Shown: positions 49,149 to 61,939 of the stretch, in pieces
Layout: every line of letters starts with the position of its first letter
How positions within the stretch are numbered: position 1 is the stretch's first letter
Assembly (NCBI RefSeq): GCF_964355755.1
Contig: NC_092671.1
Coordinates: forward strand, 36,032,304-36,096,303
Length of the DNA: 64,000 nucleotides
DNA from: Antedon mediterranea
Taxonomy: Eukaryota > Animalia > Echinodermata
Direction of reading: 5' to 3'
The notes under the pieces: generated by a model
The model's database searches: none
Told to the model about the DNA's origin: nothing
What the model saw: the letters and a program-made list of their open reading frames with translations, nothing else
Position numbers and translations under genes: made by a program

Positions 49149-50483
49149 ATGATGAAGTCGGTGGTCTTTGCTCTCCTCTTGCTTACAGCACTCTGTGTTC
49201 ATGCTAGAATACCCTACGGTAAGTTTTTTTCTTTGTTATCATGAAGAAATTGGAAACGTGTATTAGTATTACATTTAAATTGATGTACATGTTTAAATCC
49301 ATATTTATTGTTAGAAAATTATAGGCCTAGTAGTTAAAGTGGATATTTTTACAATATGTAATTATAAGAAATTACAATCCTCAAATTCTATTATAAAATT
49401 ATTTTGAAAAATAAAGTTATATAAAGAGTATATTTCAGTTTAGGAGTAAAATTATATATCGTCTTTTATAGCTTCGTATACGTACAAAAGAAGGTCAGAT
49501 ATGCCTACAAAAAGTTTTCATTTGTCATCATACCTTCTTGTACTGTGTAGAACCTCGTTTGAGATAGTCGCACATTATGTTTCAGCTCTGGCATAATTTT
49601 GTTCTAACAATATTAATGTATAGGCTGTTCTCAGGTTTGTCCACTTGGCTGTGCAAACCGTGGTCTTGGTCCTGACCTATGTCCAAGATGTGAGTGTTAT
49701 CTTTATCCTAAAGAACTCCCTCCACCTCGACCACCACCACCTGGACCACCCGGTGGTAAGTTACTCTATATCTATATACAGTTCTTTTTTTTTCAGGGAA
49801 ATAACTTTTTTTTAATCTAATCTTTGGATATTATGTGACATTATGTGCATTCTAAACAAAAAAATTATTTGTTCAGAGAGAGAAAACACAATTTCAAAGT
49901 AAACGAATCTATCATTAGTTTTTAACTGTTTTCACACATAATTTTAAATTAAGGACTATAAATTGATCTATCTGTCTTTCAAAATAATTCGACAACAAGA
50001 GCTTTAGACGGTCGCTCCCGAAGTCTTTCCTAGCCGAATTTTGCCAGGATGCAGGATGGTATACACGGCGATGGTGTGTCGCCTCTTCATTTACTCCATA
50101 AACTAAATAGGTGATCACGTGCTACATTCATCGGAATTTCAATATCAATTTATAGGTTGTTCTCCTATTTGTCCGAGTGGTTGTTTAAACATTGGTATTC
50201 GTAACGGATGTGCAAAATGTCTGTGTTCTCGTCGTGATGTGGATCGTGGAACACGTGAGAGGATTTCAAATACATTCTCATAGCAATGACTATTAGTTTC
50301 AGTAACTGCCAAAGTGTTATCAGTTTATATCTGATTGTTATCATGGCAGAAAATATGTAATTATAACAAACAGTTCAAAAAGGGTACATAAATGACAATC
50401 TTATCAGCCAGAGAAATGTGCTGGAGTTATTAATTAATCTACAACTGTGAAGATGTTTTCTTTATATTTTAGGTCTGGGATAA
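49149..50483 (+). CDS. Gene C: secreted 2-module Cys/Pro-rich protein ending RR-DVDRGTRL-G*, ~103 aa
   Basis: Exons 49149-49218 (MMKSVVFALLLLTALCVHARIPY), 49624-49755 (GCSQVCPLGCANRGLGPDLCPRCEC...PPPPGPPG), 50156-50254 (GCSPICPSGCLNIGIRNGCAKCLCSRRDVDRGT), 50473-50483 (RLG*). The 3'UTR is homologous to gene B's. Confidence 0.85.
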
Positions 50484-51267
50484 TATAACAGACGCACTGA
50501 TTTAAGATGCGCGAAACAGCAACTTTGGAATTCGATGACCAATGACGTGTCACATTCATGAAAATACTGTTTATATAATTTCTTTATCTTTGCAATTAAT
50601 AAAAAAATGAAAAAAGAAAACTTAGACAGCAATATCGTTTCTTTATTTTGTGTACGTAGCAAGACTAAGCTCCTACTTATATGGATCGGCCACCATGGAT
50701 CGGCCATCATAACAGGCAGGCATGTAGTCTGGGTTCCAGACGGTGTTTTGACTTAATACTAGTAAAACGATAAACATTTTGGCACATATGGCGTTTCATA
50801 CGTATACTACTTGAGCGTCAAACATAAAAAATAAACTACAGACTTATCATAAATAGGTTTTTTTATACCAAACACGGCTATATTACGAAGAAAATCGTTT
50901 GGCACCAAGGTACCATCTTCGAGACGTCATGGCTGCATCCGGTTTGAAATAAAAAAAATCCAGCTCTAAAGCTTTGACTTGAGGATACATGTCCCTGTAG
51001 TATAGTCATGCCAAATCTCAGCTCAATACCACAACGAATACGGGAGGAGTAGTACTTTATCAATCGCACTTTTTTCGATTGGTACCATGTTTATGACGTC
51101 ATAATTCTGCATCCGGTTGAAGTACGAATATTTTCTCTCTAGGCCTATAGCTTTGTTTACCTATTACCCTAGTATATGCATGCCATGTTTTCAAAACCGT
51201 CGGACGACGCGTAGAGAACTAGTATGACTTGAAAGTTGGATCAATAGTGTCCAGATGGAAGAGGATA

Positions 51268-51450
51268 AAGGGTCTTTCACACCTGTTCCGGCACGGTTCC
51301 GGTCCGGCGAATCGAACATCAATGTTTCGTTTTCACGCGGCTATGCACCAATCGATATGCGCGTAGCCGCGTAAAATCGAAACATTGACGTTCGATTGGA
51401 TTTTTCGGCGCCGGACTGGAACCGTGCCGGAACAGGTGTGAACGACCCTT
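51268..51450. mobile_element. Palindromic Harbinger-like MITE
   Basis: AGGGTCTTTCACACCTGTTCCGGCACGG ... CCGTGCCGGAACAGGTGTGAACGACCCT. Confidence 0.75.
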
Positions 51451-51901
51451 TAAACAGCGAACTCAAACGCTCTCGATGGGACGTCTTAAATAAGCTATTA
51501 TAGGTGGACATTTGGAATTAGAAAAGGTACACACATCGTCTTTAGGCTATTCTGATGACAATGCCGTGTGGGGACGCAATTTAGTTTATTTTAAATTTTG
51601 TTTTAGCTTATAAAAGATGTATTCTCCCCCAAAACATGAACAATTAGGATTAATAAAATCAGACTTTAAATAAGCCATTGTGCACTTCTGTAGAAAAAAA
51701 AAATGTGATGATGGTCCATTGAAAAATATTGGCATTGTTTAATCCCTCCCAAGATCTCTTAATAAAGATTATGTAAAAACGTATGTAATTGGAGAACGCC
51801 TCAAATTAAAATTAACTCGGATTTACAGATTAGCAAACTAAAGCCTATACGCCTATATAAAATCATCTTACAAAATAATAATGATAACACTTCAAAGGTC
51901 C

Positions 51902-53770
51902 ATGATGAAGTCGGTGGTCTTTGCTCTCCTACTCACAGCGCTCTGTGTTCATGCTATGCCCCATTTTTTTTTTTTTTTATCATGGAGGAATTGGAAACTT
52001 GTATTAGTATTACATTAAATTGATGTACATATTTAAATCCATATCTATTGTTAGAAAATGTTAGGCCTAGTAGTTCAAGTGGATATTTCGCCAATCTGTA
52101 GGCATAATGATAAGAAATCGCAGTACTCAAATTCCATTATAAAGGTATTTGAAAAATAAAGCTATAAGAGTATATTTTAGTTTTAAATGGAGTAAAATTA
52201 TAAATAAAGTTTAGATCAATGATCAAGACTATAAATTGATCTATCCGTCTTTCAACAATAATATTCGACAGACACTTTCATTTGGCCTTAAACGGTCGTT
52301 CCCGAAATCTTTCCTAGCCGGATTTTGTCAGGATGCCTGGCTGACGATGGTAAGTTTTTTTTTTTTAAGGAAATAGATAATAAATATGTTTAAATAAATT
52401 ACGAAGCAACCATGGAGATAAAAAATAATTTGTTTACCTCCATAAATCAACACTTTCATTTAAATTTAAATTCTAAATAACTAATTATTATTTAAAGGGA
52501 ATCAAACGCTGTCAGGGAAATGATAAGGAACTTAGTTTTGGGTACAATGTGCAAAACAAAGATTAACGGAACGATTTCACATTAATTTCTAGGCTGTCCT
52601 CCTGTCTGTCCACCTGGTTGTTCTATAAGTGGTTCTGATGATAAAGGATGTCCAACATGCGATTGTCCTGACGATGGTAAGTTTTGTTTATGATATTATT
52701 ATTTGAATAAATTACGAAAGCTACGCTATTATTTAGATGTCAATGATTGGAAATAACTAATTCTGGACGTGTAGGCCTATAACATTCAGTCGAGAGGTTG
52801 TATTATTTGTTCAGGAGTGTGAATTTTTTTTTTGATTGATTGATGGAAGCGTTCGATGGTGTAATACGTACGCTAACACACACAACTAAAAAATTGGCGC
52901 GAGGATAAAGTCTAAATAATTATATAAATATTAATGCCAACACTTTTGTACAGTAAGATAGTAAATAATACTGTGAGTTGAATTAAACTAACTAACGATG
53001 GACGCTACTTATTAACCTTATTCGGAATTTCTTCGATGAAGAATCTTTTCTAAGGGCACCTTTTCTCCCTTCTCCCCATGATCACGTGAGAGATTCATAT
53101 GAATTTTATTATTAATTTATAGGTTGTTCTCAATTATTATGTTCGGTCGATTGTATATTGGTTGATAATACTCACGGATGTGCAACGTGTGTATGTCCTC
53201 CTGAAATACGTAAGTGAAACTCATATTGAATTTTCCTGAAAATATGTTGTAAATTGTACTAAGAAAAATCAAAGCAAGTTTCATAGGCCTACAGTCATTT
53301 TAATGAATCATTTAACATGATGAACCGATACAAAATCAAGTTACAAATTGTTAATTTTCTTTTTATCCAGGTGATGATCTTGAAAATATTACATAGAAAA
53401 TATGACTCAATTTCTATCTTTAATTTCATACTTTAAATTCGCATAGACCTAAAGTAACTAAAGTAAAGTAACTTTGAATTGACTTGCATTTATTATTCTT
53501 TAGAAGCTCGGTGTACTGAGTGTTACCCATGTAGTGGATTTCGCGGTCATAGTGGGAGATGTAGATGTTTCTGCGATGTTCGAGACTTACGTAAGCAAAT
53601 ACTTTTTTGAACTAATAAAGTATGGAACGCAAAAAGTGCAAACAAAGTGAATTGATTAAATAATGATATTAATAATAAAATCTGTTTTCACATATCATCT
53701 GCATATCTTACAGTTTGTGGACAATGCATCGTCTTACCGGATGTAGCATGAACATTTCTATTCACTGGGG
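51902..53770 (+). pseudogene. Gene D: fourth paralog, probably pseudogenising
   Basis: Signal exon from 51902 lacks the GTAAG donor (replaced by CATTTTT...). The GPPPP exon is deleted. Intact module exons remain at 52593-52676 (GCPPVCPPGCSISGSDDKGCPTCDC), 53123-53209 and 53504-53590; a decayed exon at ~53714 has an early TGA. Confidence 0.65.
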
Positions 53771-54667
53771 TAAGTTACAGATAGGCCTAACCTACAATTG
53801 ACAGTTAAGCCTAACCTACAGTTGACAGTTAAGCTGAAGGAAAATACTGTAGGCCTATATATAACCCACTACATTTTTAGGAGATTATATATTCTCTTAT
53901 TTTGTTCATTTTCTAATATGAGCATAAAGATACCATAAAATATTCCAAAAAGAAGCCGATGTTGTTTGCAAAAGTAATCTTGAAAAGAAGCCTACAGTTT
54001 AGTCAAACATTTGATTATTATCAGAAGTAGAAACTGACAAAACATGAAAATTCATTTTTTTAACCAACATTTTGATTTGAAATGTTCTATTCATTTGCAT
54101 TGCTAAGAAATTAAAAGTAGATATTTCTTTCTTCTTTTTTTCTTTATTTCCATTCATCTTGAACATTACATAAATAAGCAAAATTCAAAGAGAAAAAAAA
54201 GAATAGATCTCCATCTAAAAAAAATATCCAGAAAATATTTCATGATTATGTTTATAAAGCCTTTTTCTCTAAAACTTAAAAATCAGTTTTTCATATGGTG
54301 AGTTAGTAACAATTGACTCTGAAAACTGGTATAAACCTAACTTTAGTTTTATTGCAATAAAATATTGAAACATAAATGCAGTAATGTGACCCACCATATA
54401 ACAATTTGACTCAGCATTACTAAGATTGAAGTACGTTACTTCCATTATACAGTACTTACTTAAACATTATTATAGTATTGTAACTATTTCTTTTTTTATT
54501 ATAGGCATACCGATGTTTTAAATTCTGGCCATATTTGCTGCTGAAATGAAAGTACATCATGTCAACATACAGTAATAACTTTGATCATATCATCATCGAT
54601 CAATAATTATAGAAATAAATAAAATAATTATGGTGTATTGTATTCATATTTGCTTTCTAAATTGTAG

Positions 54668-55047
54668 TTACCTCCGCCAAGGAGGTTATGTTTTCACCCC
54701 TGTAGGGGTGCGTGTGTGTGTGTCTGTGAACAGCCTGGAGGCCACAGTTCAATTCTCACAAAAACTTAACCACAATGATCAATGATTCATCATATTATAA
54801 TTGTGGTTAAATTTTGAAGGGTCAGGGTCAAAGATCAATTAGGTTCACAAAAAAATAATTTAAAAAAACTGTGAGAGGCTGGATACATAACCATTACACC
54901 AAACTCTCATCCACAACTTTGTAGTGTGCAGTTAGCCTATTTACACTTAGAACTAATAAAGAAAATTAAAAAAGAAATATATATATATATTTTCCGGGGA
55001 TATTTTATGTAGGCGGAGGTTTGTAGTCTCAGAGTACCCTCTAGTTT
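54668..55047 (+). mobile_element. Helentron/DINE-like non-autonomous element (diverged relative ~22340-22831)
   Basis: TTACCTCCGCCAAGGAGGTTATGTTTT...(GT)n microsatellite...GGCGGAGG subterminal inverted repeat, 3' hairpin and CTAGTT end. Confidence 0.65.
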
Positions 55048-57385
55048 AACCATGTTTTTACACCTTTTAAACAAGAAAAAAATTAATATAATTCAGTATT
55101 TTTTAATGTGATTATTTTTCTTTTACATACCCATAAATATAAAGTATAAATATTTTAACATAAATAAAACATAGGGCCTACTATATAAAAGAAAGGGCTA
55201 AAAAATAAATTAAAAGTTCAGCTAGGCCCTAAACATTGAAAAATAAATAGTTATATAAATAAATCAGGGCTACCTTTCTAAACATGAATACACATAAAAC
55301 ATTTTTTTAAACAGACTTTCTCTCCAATATATACTTCTCTTTTAGAAATAAATAAATATCTTAAATTAAACAAACAAATAATATTTCTTTATTTATTTTA
55401 AAATTTGCTTTTTGTTAAAAAAACATTAAATCACCAGAATACCTGATAAAATGTCTATTTGTATATACACATTTCACTTGTATGTGACCTTGTTGAAAAA
55501 TGAAATATTTAGGAGTTGTCTCCGAAAATTGACCATGTAAACTATCATAGACAAATAAAGTAGACAAATACTGATACTGCTGATAAATATTTAAAATTTG
55601 AAGTTATATATATGATATTGGTGCTAAATCTATCAGAATAAGGCAATGTGAGTATAGGCCACTAATACGTTTTTGTGTCAAATATACTGGTTTTAAATGA
55701 GTTTTATAAGTGTTACCCCAAGCTTCTAATGCAAATTAAATATGAGGCAAAATAAAACAATTATATAAAAGCACCAAAATTGTTTGTACAATAAACCGGC
55801 CTAAAGCTATGTATACCTACATTATCAAACTAATTTAACAAAAAAAATGTGATGTGGCCAAATAATTATGGTAGTGATATGCTCAAATATGGTAGTGATA
55901 TGACATCATCATGTCCGTGTGGCACATCACATTTTTTGTCACATAAAGTTTGATAGTGCAGACAGAGCTTTAGAACTAATAATCATTAACTTTAGCCTAT
56001 AATTGGAATGCGCATTTCAAGTTTCCACATTCATCTAATTTAGGTTTTGAACAAAACTTATAGAATACAGAACAAAATAATGTAAACTTGTTTTATTGTC
56101 GTATTTCTAATAATTCAAAATATGATTTATTTCGTTTAATTATTGAATAACTCAAAATGTATTTTTATATTAATCAATAATATGAAAACATCAGTAACGC
56201 CTCATAGTTGACCGCTGAATACAATACACAATAGACACGGATGAAAGCGTTCGTTTGTTAGGCCTACTATTAATATGATGATCAAACGCATTCGAATGAT
56301 TGGAGAGAAATTTGAAAATTCAAAATTTAAGATTAATAAAATCAGACTTTAAATAGGCCATTGTGCACGTAGAAAAATAAATAAATAAATGAATGAATCA
56401 TTTTACTTATAAACCATAATTATATTATAGTCTAAAGCTCTACATACAAATGACAAATGTGATGAGCCCGATCGACACGATGATGTAATAAAAACACTAC
56501 CAACATTTTTGTCAAACTAGTTTGAGTGAAGAGTAAATTTAGACGGACAATTTGAACAATGTTACTTTTTCCAGGCCTACAGTTTTTCAGGTAAATTTTT
56601 CAGATCCAATGTTTGGTCCATAGCTTGAGAAAATTTAACTTAATATTTCTCCATGGTCAGTTTCTGCCTAATTTCAGATCCAATATTTGGTCCATAGCTT
56701 GAGAAAATTTAACTTAATATTTCTCCATGGTCAGTTTTTTCCTAATAGCAGGGTAACTTAGCACTTTTTTTGTGCACTTTGTGACAAAAGCACCAAATTT
56801 GGCACAAACCTTCTTTAGGGTATATCTAACAATCCTAGAAGGGGTGCCCAAAAATCGGAACAATTTAACGACGTCATTTGGACCACGCCCTTTTTTAGTA
56901 TTACGTAATTAGGTGAAAACTTAAATCTTCGTATATACATACCAAGTTTGGTATCAAATAAAAACTCATGACATGTACATTACAATACACACATAACAAA
57001 TATATGATTTCTCTTCAGACGTGACGAAATATATAGGTCAAATAATGTAATTTTCTGTCATATTGAAGGGTATTTCAATCAAAACGTGCCAATATTGTGC
57101 TATGTTATGAACATTGTAGTTATAAGAACAACAACATTCATTTTTGTAATAGTACGAATATATTTATCCTGTACCAGTTACTTTCCTTTAAAATAATATT
57201 AGGAACCACTGAAAAAAAGTATATAAAACATATACTGTATCAAACTTGGGCTCAATAACCACTGGACTATTAGTAAACCGACAAAAGACCATTTGACTGA
57301 CAATTATGGCGTTAGCATCCATAACAATACATGGAGGTGATTATCAACTTTACTTTTATGAAATTATTTATCTGGAAACAAACAC

Positions 57386-59493
57386 TTATAATGGTACAGA
57401 GTTGCTAGATGACGAACAAGTTCCACGGCATGGGTAACAAGACCAGTGCACTGCTGAACGGCACTTGCAGTTCCCTGAGCAAAAAGGCAACTTTTTGCAG
57501 CCACACTTTAGCAATTCCCTACATGCCTTGGATGCTTCAGGTAGTATTGTCCAGACTGGTGTCCATGTACTGCCGGTTTTAGTAATAATAATAATAATAA
57601 ACAGTATTTATATAGCGCCTAATGGATCACTGACCCCTCTAGATGCTTTACATAGGACCTTAACTAATGGTAATAAACTATCCCCCGCCGGACACCATTC
57701 CGGTATTTCTTAGTCGAGGTTTCGGTCCAACCAAAGTCTTCTGGTGATGGAGCATTCTGCTGTGGCTGTAGACTGGTGGTCCAAATCCTTGCTTGGTATA
57801 TGGATCTGTTGGAATGCTGTAAAAGTGCATCCTGCAATAAACAATTTAAAGATTGGTGTTACCTTTTAATAAAAGAAAAACATGAACCTGATAATAAATT
57901 ATTAAACGACAATTGACAATTATATGGAAGCTCCCCTTACCTGTGTAGGAGGAATGTTGTCCATTGTCCGTGCCTTTCTTGAAAAAAGATCTTGTCTTAG
58001 CTTAGTAACACTTCTTAAAGTACTTGTCTTGTCGTATAGATGACATGTAAACTCCTCTAGCAACTGGAATTGAGATGAGTTGACTCCTAGAGATTTGAAA
58101 AGGTGATGTGCCATGAAAAGAAAGGCTTCTGTAACTTCTGGAAATGAGTTCCACGTCTCCCATGCGGAGTGTTTTGCTTTTCCGAAGAACTGGGATGTAG
58201 TATCGGACCCAGTAAATGCATGAAAAACTGGCAGCCCTCTTGACTTATCCTCTCCTAGGTTATGGCAGATGGTATTTATATTAAAATATTGGAAGTGCTT
58301 ACCCATGCCAAATGCGACCCAGATACACGTACCAGGATAACAGGCTATTAGATTGCAGAAAATACCAACCAGGATAACAATGACATCAGTATCAACTGTA
58401 CGCACCAAAATAACCCTGCTACCTTTCTTTAAGGCATCATCAATGTGAATGCACATCTTGGAGTCGGCCTCTTCATGGTCGCAGATTGACATAGGTTGAG
58501 TAGATGTCAACATACAAAAGACTCGCCTACAGGACATATATCAAGAATTACTTACTATTTAATATGCCTTTTTAATTAATTATTGGTATGAAACTGTATA
58601 AGTAAATTAATCGTTTGGTTACAAACAAAATAAATTAGTATGTATCATAATAAAACTTACCTGATGCAGTCAGAGTAATCATGGGTAGACACCTTTGTAG
58701 TTAAAAAGTTAAATAACTCCTCTTTATTTACTGGATCTTTCAGAAAGTCTGGAAAATTCCCTGGAATCTTTGTTTGTCCCCCAACTTTCCTCCTGACCCC
58801 TTTTCCTCTTTTTTCTCCTGTAGACTGCTTAAGACTATCTGTTCTGTAAGTGTCCCACACTATATCAATTCTGTTACTATTCTGCATCTGCTGTCTGGTC
58901 CACGGTAGAAAGACCTGTCATACAAATGATACAAGAATAACGATCCGCATATAGAAGTGACCAATTATATGGTGGTTAAACAATAGATACAATCCTGAAT
59001 GCAAAGAAATGTACTCACCTTATCACCGTAGTCATCAAATGTAAATGCATGGTTGCTGGAAAGAGCATGGACAATAGCAGCTCCGTCAAACACCTTTACA
59101 TCAAAATATGTAGGAGGTTCAGGCTGGCCTTCAGTCTCCAAATGCTGTAGCAACTCAGACTTCTTAGTTGGTAGTCGAAGCTTTCCATTTACTGCCAAAG
59201 AGGGTGGCCATGGCTGGTTTTCGTGCATGAAGAAGTCTTCCAAATCTCCATCACGAGATTGACTTGCAATATACTCTTAACTTGTTGCTTTGTTTTGGAC
59301 ACTGATTTTGACCATGGTGTTTGATGGCTTGTTGAATAATTGCAACACTTCTGTCGAGAATAACTTCCTTGAAATATTTTTGGTACTGGGTAGTACCTAC
59401 ATCCTGAATTGTACGAACTGTCACTACTGCACTTTCATTGGCACAATCTCGAGCATCCAAGACCAGAAGTTCTGAACAATTATCGAGGAATTG
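57386..59493 (-). pseudogene. C-terminal half of Academ protein (XPG/FEN1-like nuclease motifs plus Cys8 zinc finger), intron-containing, disrupted
   Basis: Exons ~59019-59493 (frameshifted; HENQPWPPSL, FDGAAIVH), 58661-58914 (RIDIVWDTY), 57941-58526 (HEEAD, DTDV, FHAFTGSDT, IPPT), 57386-57831 (FGW...WTPVW...CGCKK..CSGNCKC). The N-terminal transposase part is missing. Confidence 0.8.
57584..57709 (-). mobile_element. Short 5'-truncated retroposon (SINE/L2-type tail) inserted in the last Academ exon
   Basis: Minus-strand ...GTAAAGCATCTAGAG...AGGCGCTATATAAATAC followed by (TTA)n; TTAGT duplicated at 57579-57583 and 57710-57714. Confidence 0.8.
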
Positions 59494-61903
59494 GTTGCCT
59501 GCATTGCTCAGGGAACTGCAAGTACCGTTCAGCAGGTCTTTCTTGCACTGGTCTTTGTTATCCATGCCGTGGAACCTGTTCGTCATCTAGCAACTCTGTA
59601 CCATTATAAGTGTTTGTTTCCAGATAAATAATTTCATAAAAGTAAAGTTGATAATCACCTCCATGTATTGCTATGGATGCTAACGCCATAATTGTCAGTC
59701 AAATGGTCTTTTGTCTCAGTTTACTTAGTCCAATGATTATTGAGCCAAGTTTGATACAGTATATGTTTTATATACTTTTTTGCAGTGGTTCCTAATATTA
59801 TGTTAAAGGAAAGTAACTGATACAGGATAAATATATATTAGTAGTTGTATTACAAAAATGAATGTTGTTGTTCTTATAACTACAATGTTCATAACATAGC
59901 CCAATATTGGCGCGTTTTGATTGAAATCCCTTTCAATATGACAGAAAATGACATTATTTGACCTATATATTCCGTCTGAAGAGAAATCATATGTTTTTTA
60001 TGTGTGTATTGCAATGTACATGTCATGAGTTTTAATTTGATACCAAACTTGGTATGTATATACGAAGATTTAAGTTTTCACCTAATTACGTAATACTAAA
60101 AAAAGGGCGTGGTCCAAATGACGTCGTTAAATTGTTCCGATTTTTGGGCACCCCTTCTAGGATTGTTAGATATACCCTAAAGAAGGTTTGTGCCAAATTT
60201 GGTGCTTTTGTCACAAAATGCACAATCTTCATAAAAAATGGAAGTTAGCAACCCTGCTATAATAGGACAAGAAATATTTCTTACAAAAAACGCTGCTCAC
60301 TTATTGAAAAATATTTTTTATTTCAACTGTTTTTGAATGTGTCATTTTATTGTCACATAATAGTTATTTTACCTGAAAAAAATGTAATTTAAAGCAACAA
60401 ATACTTGTCTGTCAGACAATGGTTTTTGGGTTTCTTTTCTTTTCGCGCCGCGGCTCTAGCCAGCTATGTCCCAGGAGGACACATTCATTAATAAGCTGTT
60501 TCATAGCGGTAGCTTTAGTATCTAAGGCTGACAGTTTTGTGAATTTGGAAACTCGACTATAATTTATAGGTAGCTGCTGGACCCAAAAAACGTCTGGGAG
60601 AAGAGAGTCTATATGAAAGCCTTTGCTGATAATACAGTATTATTGAGATGTAGACGGAAATCTGTAAAATCTTGATCAATAAATAATAACTTCGTTTTTG
60701 CTGTCAACCAGGCCGGTATTATAATAAGTCACTGTTATCATTCGATAATGGTCAAAACTTTATTTTGGCTCTGTCAACATAAAGGGAGGTATTTACAATG
60801 ACTTTCTTTGACTGTCAATCTAGGCCAATGTTATAATAATACGCCGTCAGATATTAAATCATTGAAACAGTCCTCGTAAATTTTTTGTTGGTTATCAGAT
60901 GCCGTGGGGGGTCCAATCAATTATCGTCAGAAGGTGAACAATCAGTCTAGGTAGCAGCAGCAGATTATTAGGAACGCCTGCTCCATTAATTAATCCAGAA
61001 AAAGGTTTGTACATTATCTATTTGTTTATTAGCCTTCTCCTAACACAATTATATTTTCTTTAAAAAAAAGGTTTTATAAGTGGTTTCAACATTTATGATA
61101 GTAATGTCACAGTTCTGTGTCTGGACGCAAGTTCATAGACCTACTAGTTATATTATTCATATTAACTGATACTTACTCTTCATTTACCGTAAAGTTCAGT
61201 TTTAATGAAATATATAATATAAATTGGCTTCGTAACAATTAATTAGTTTTGAAAAGGTTAGTTTTTTGGTGATAGGTGAAAATGACATGTAACTTCGTAA
61301 TCAATTTATTTTTTTTGTATAAAGGCCCAATTACACTATGACGATAACGACGGACGATAAATATATAGCATGCATTTTTTTTACATAAACCAAAAGAAAT
61401 TAGAAAGGTTTTCGTTCTAGACCTATAGGATAATCATTTATGCTGTCTTTGATAAAAATAATGTTTTTCAAATTCCAATCAAATGACGTCATGATAAATA
61501 AAAACAATAAAATCGCTGTATTGTCACGATATTATTGGTCTTACTAATCATGACATCATTTGATTGGACGTGTGAAAATATAATTTTCATCAAAGGAATT
61601 GTTTATATTTCTTTTGGTTTATGTATTAAAAATGCACATTTGTCTATTTATCGTCGATCGTTATCGTCCTAGTGTATGGGCCTTATGCTGTAAATGTTCA
61701 ATTAATTGATAATTCCGATTTTATTAGTTGGACTCTTGCACAGTTGCTGTCTAATCGTTGTTGTGTAATATCATTTCGAACCATATTAAAATCATAAAGA
61801 GATTCATATTCCTTAACATGTGGCTGTGCATGGAAGTCTGGTCTACACAAACTCGGCCCCGGGCCTGAAAGTGTTGGTGAATTCATAATTATACTTAATA
61901 TTA

Positions 61904-61939
<36 letters not shown>

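Larger units (their letters stand above)
56746..60259 (-). mobile_element. Academ (AcademX-type) DNA transposon deletion derivative
   Basis: TAA-[TAGCAGGGT ... ACCCTGCTA]-TAA: TAG/CTA termini with a 3-bp target duplication; ~740-bp inverted repeats; internal XPG-like and Cys8 coding exons. Confidence 0.85.
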
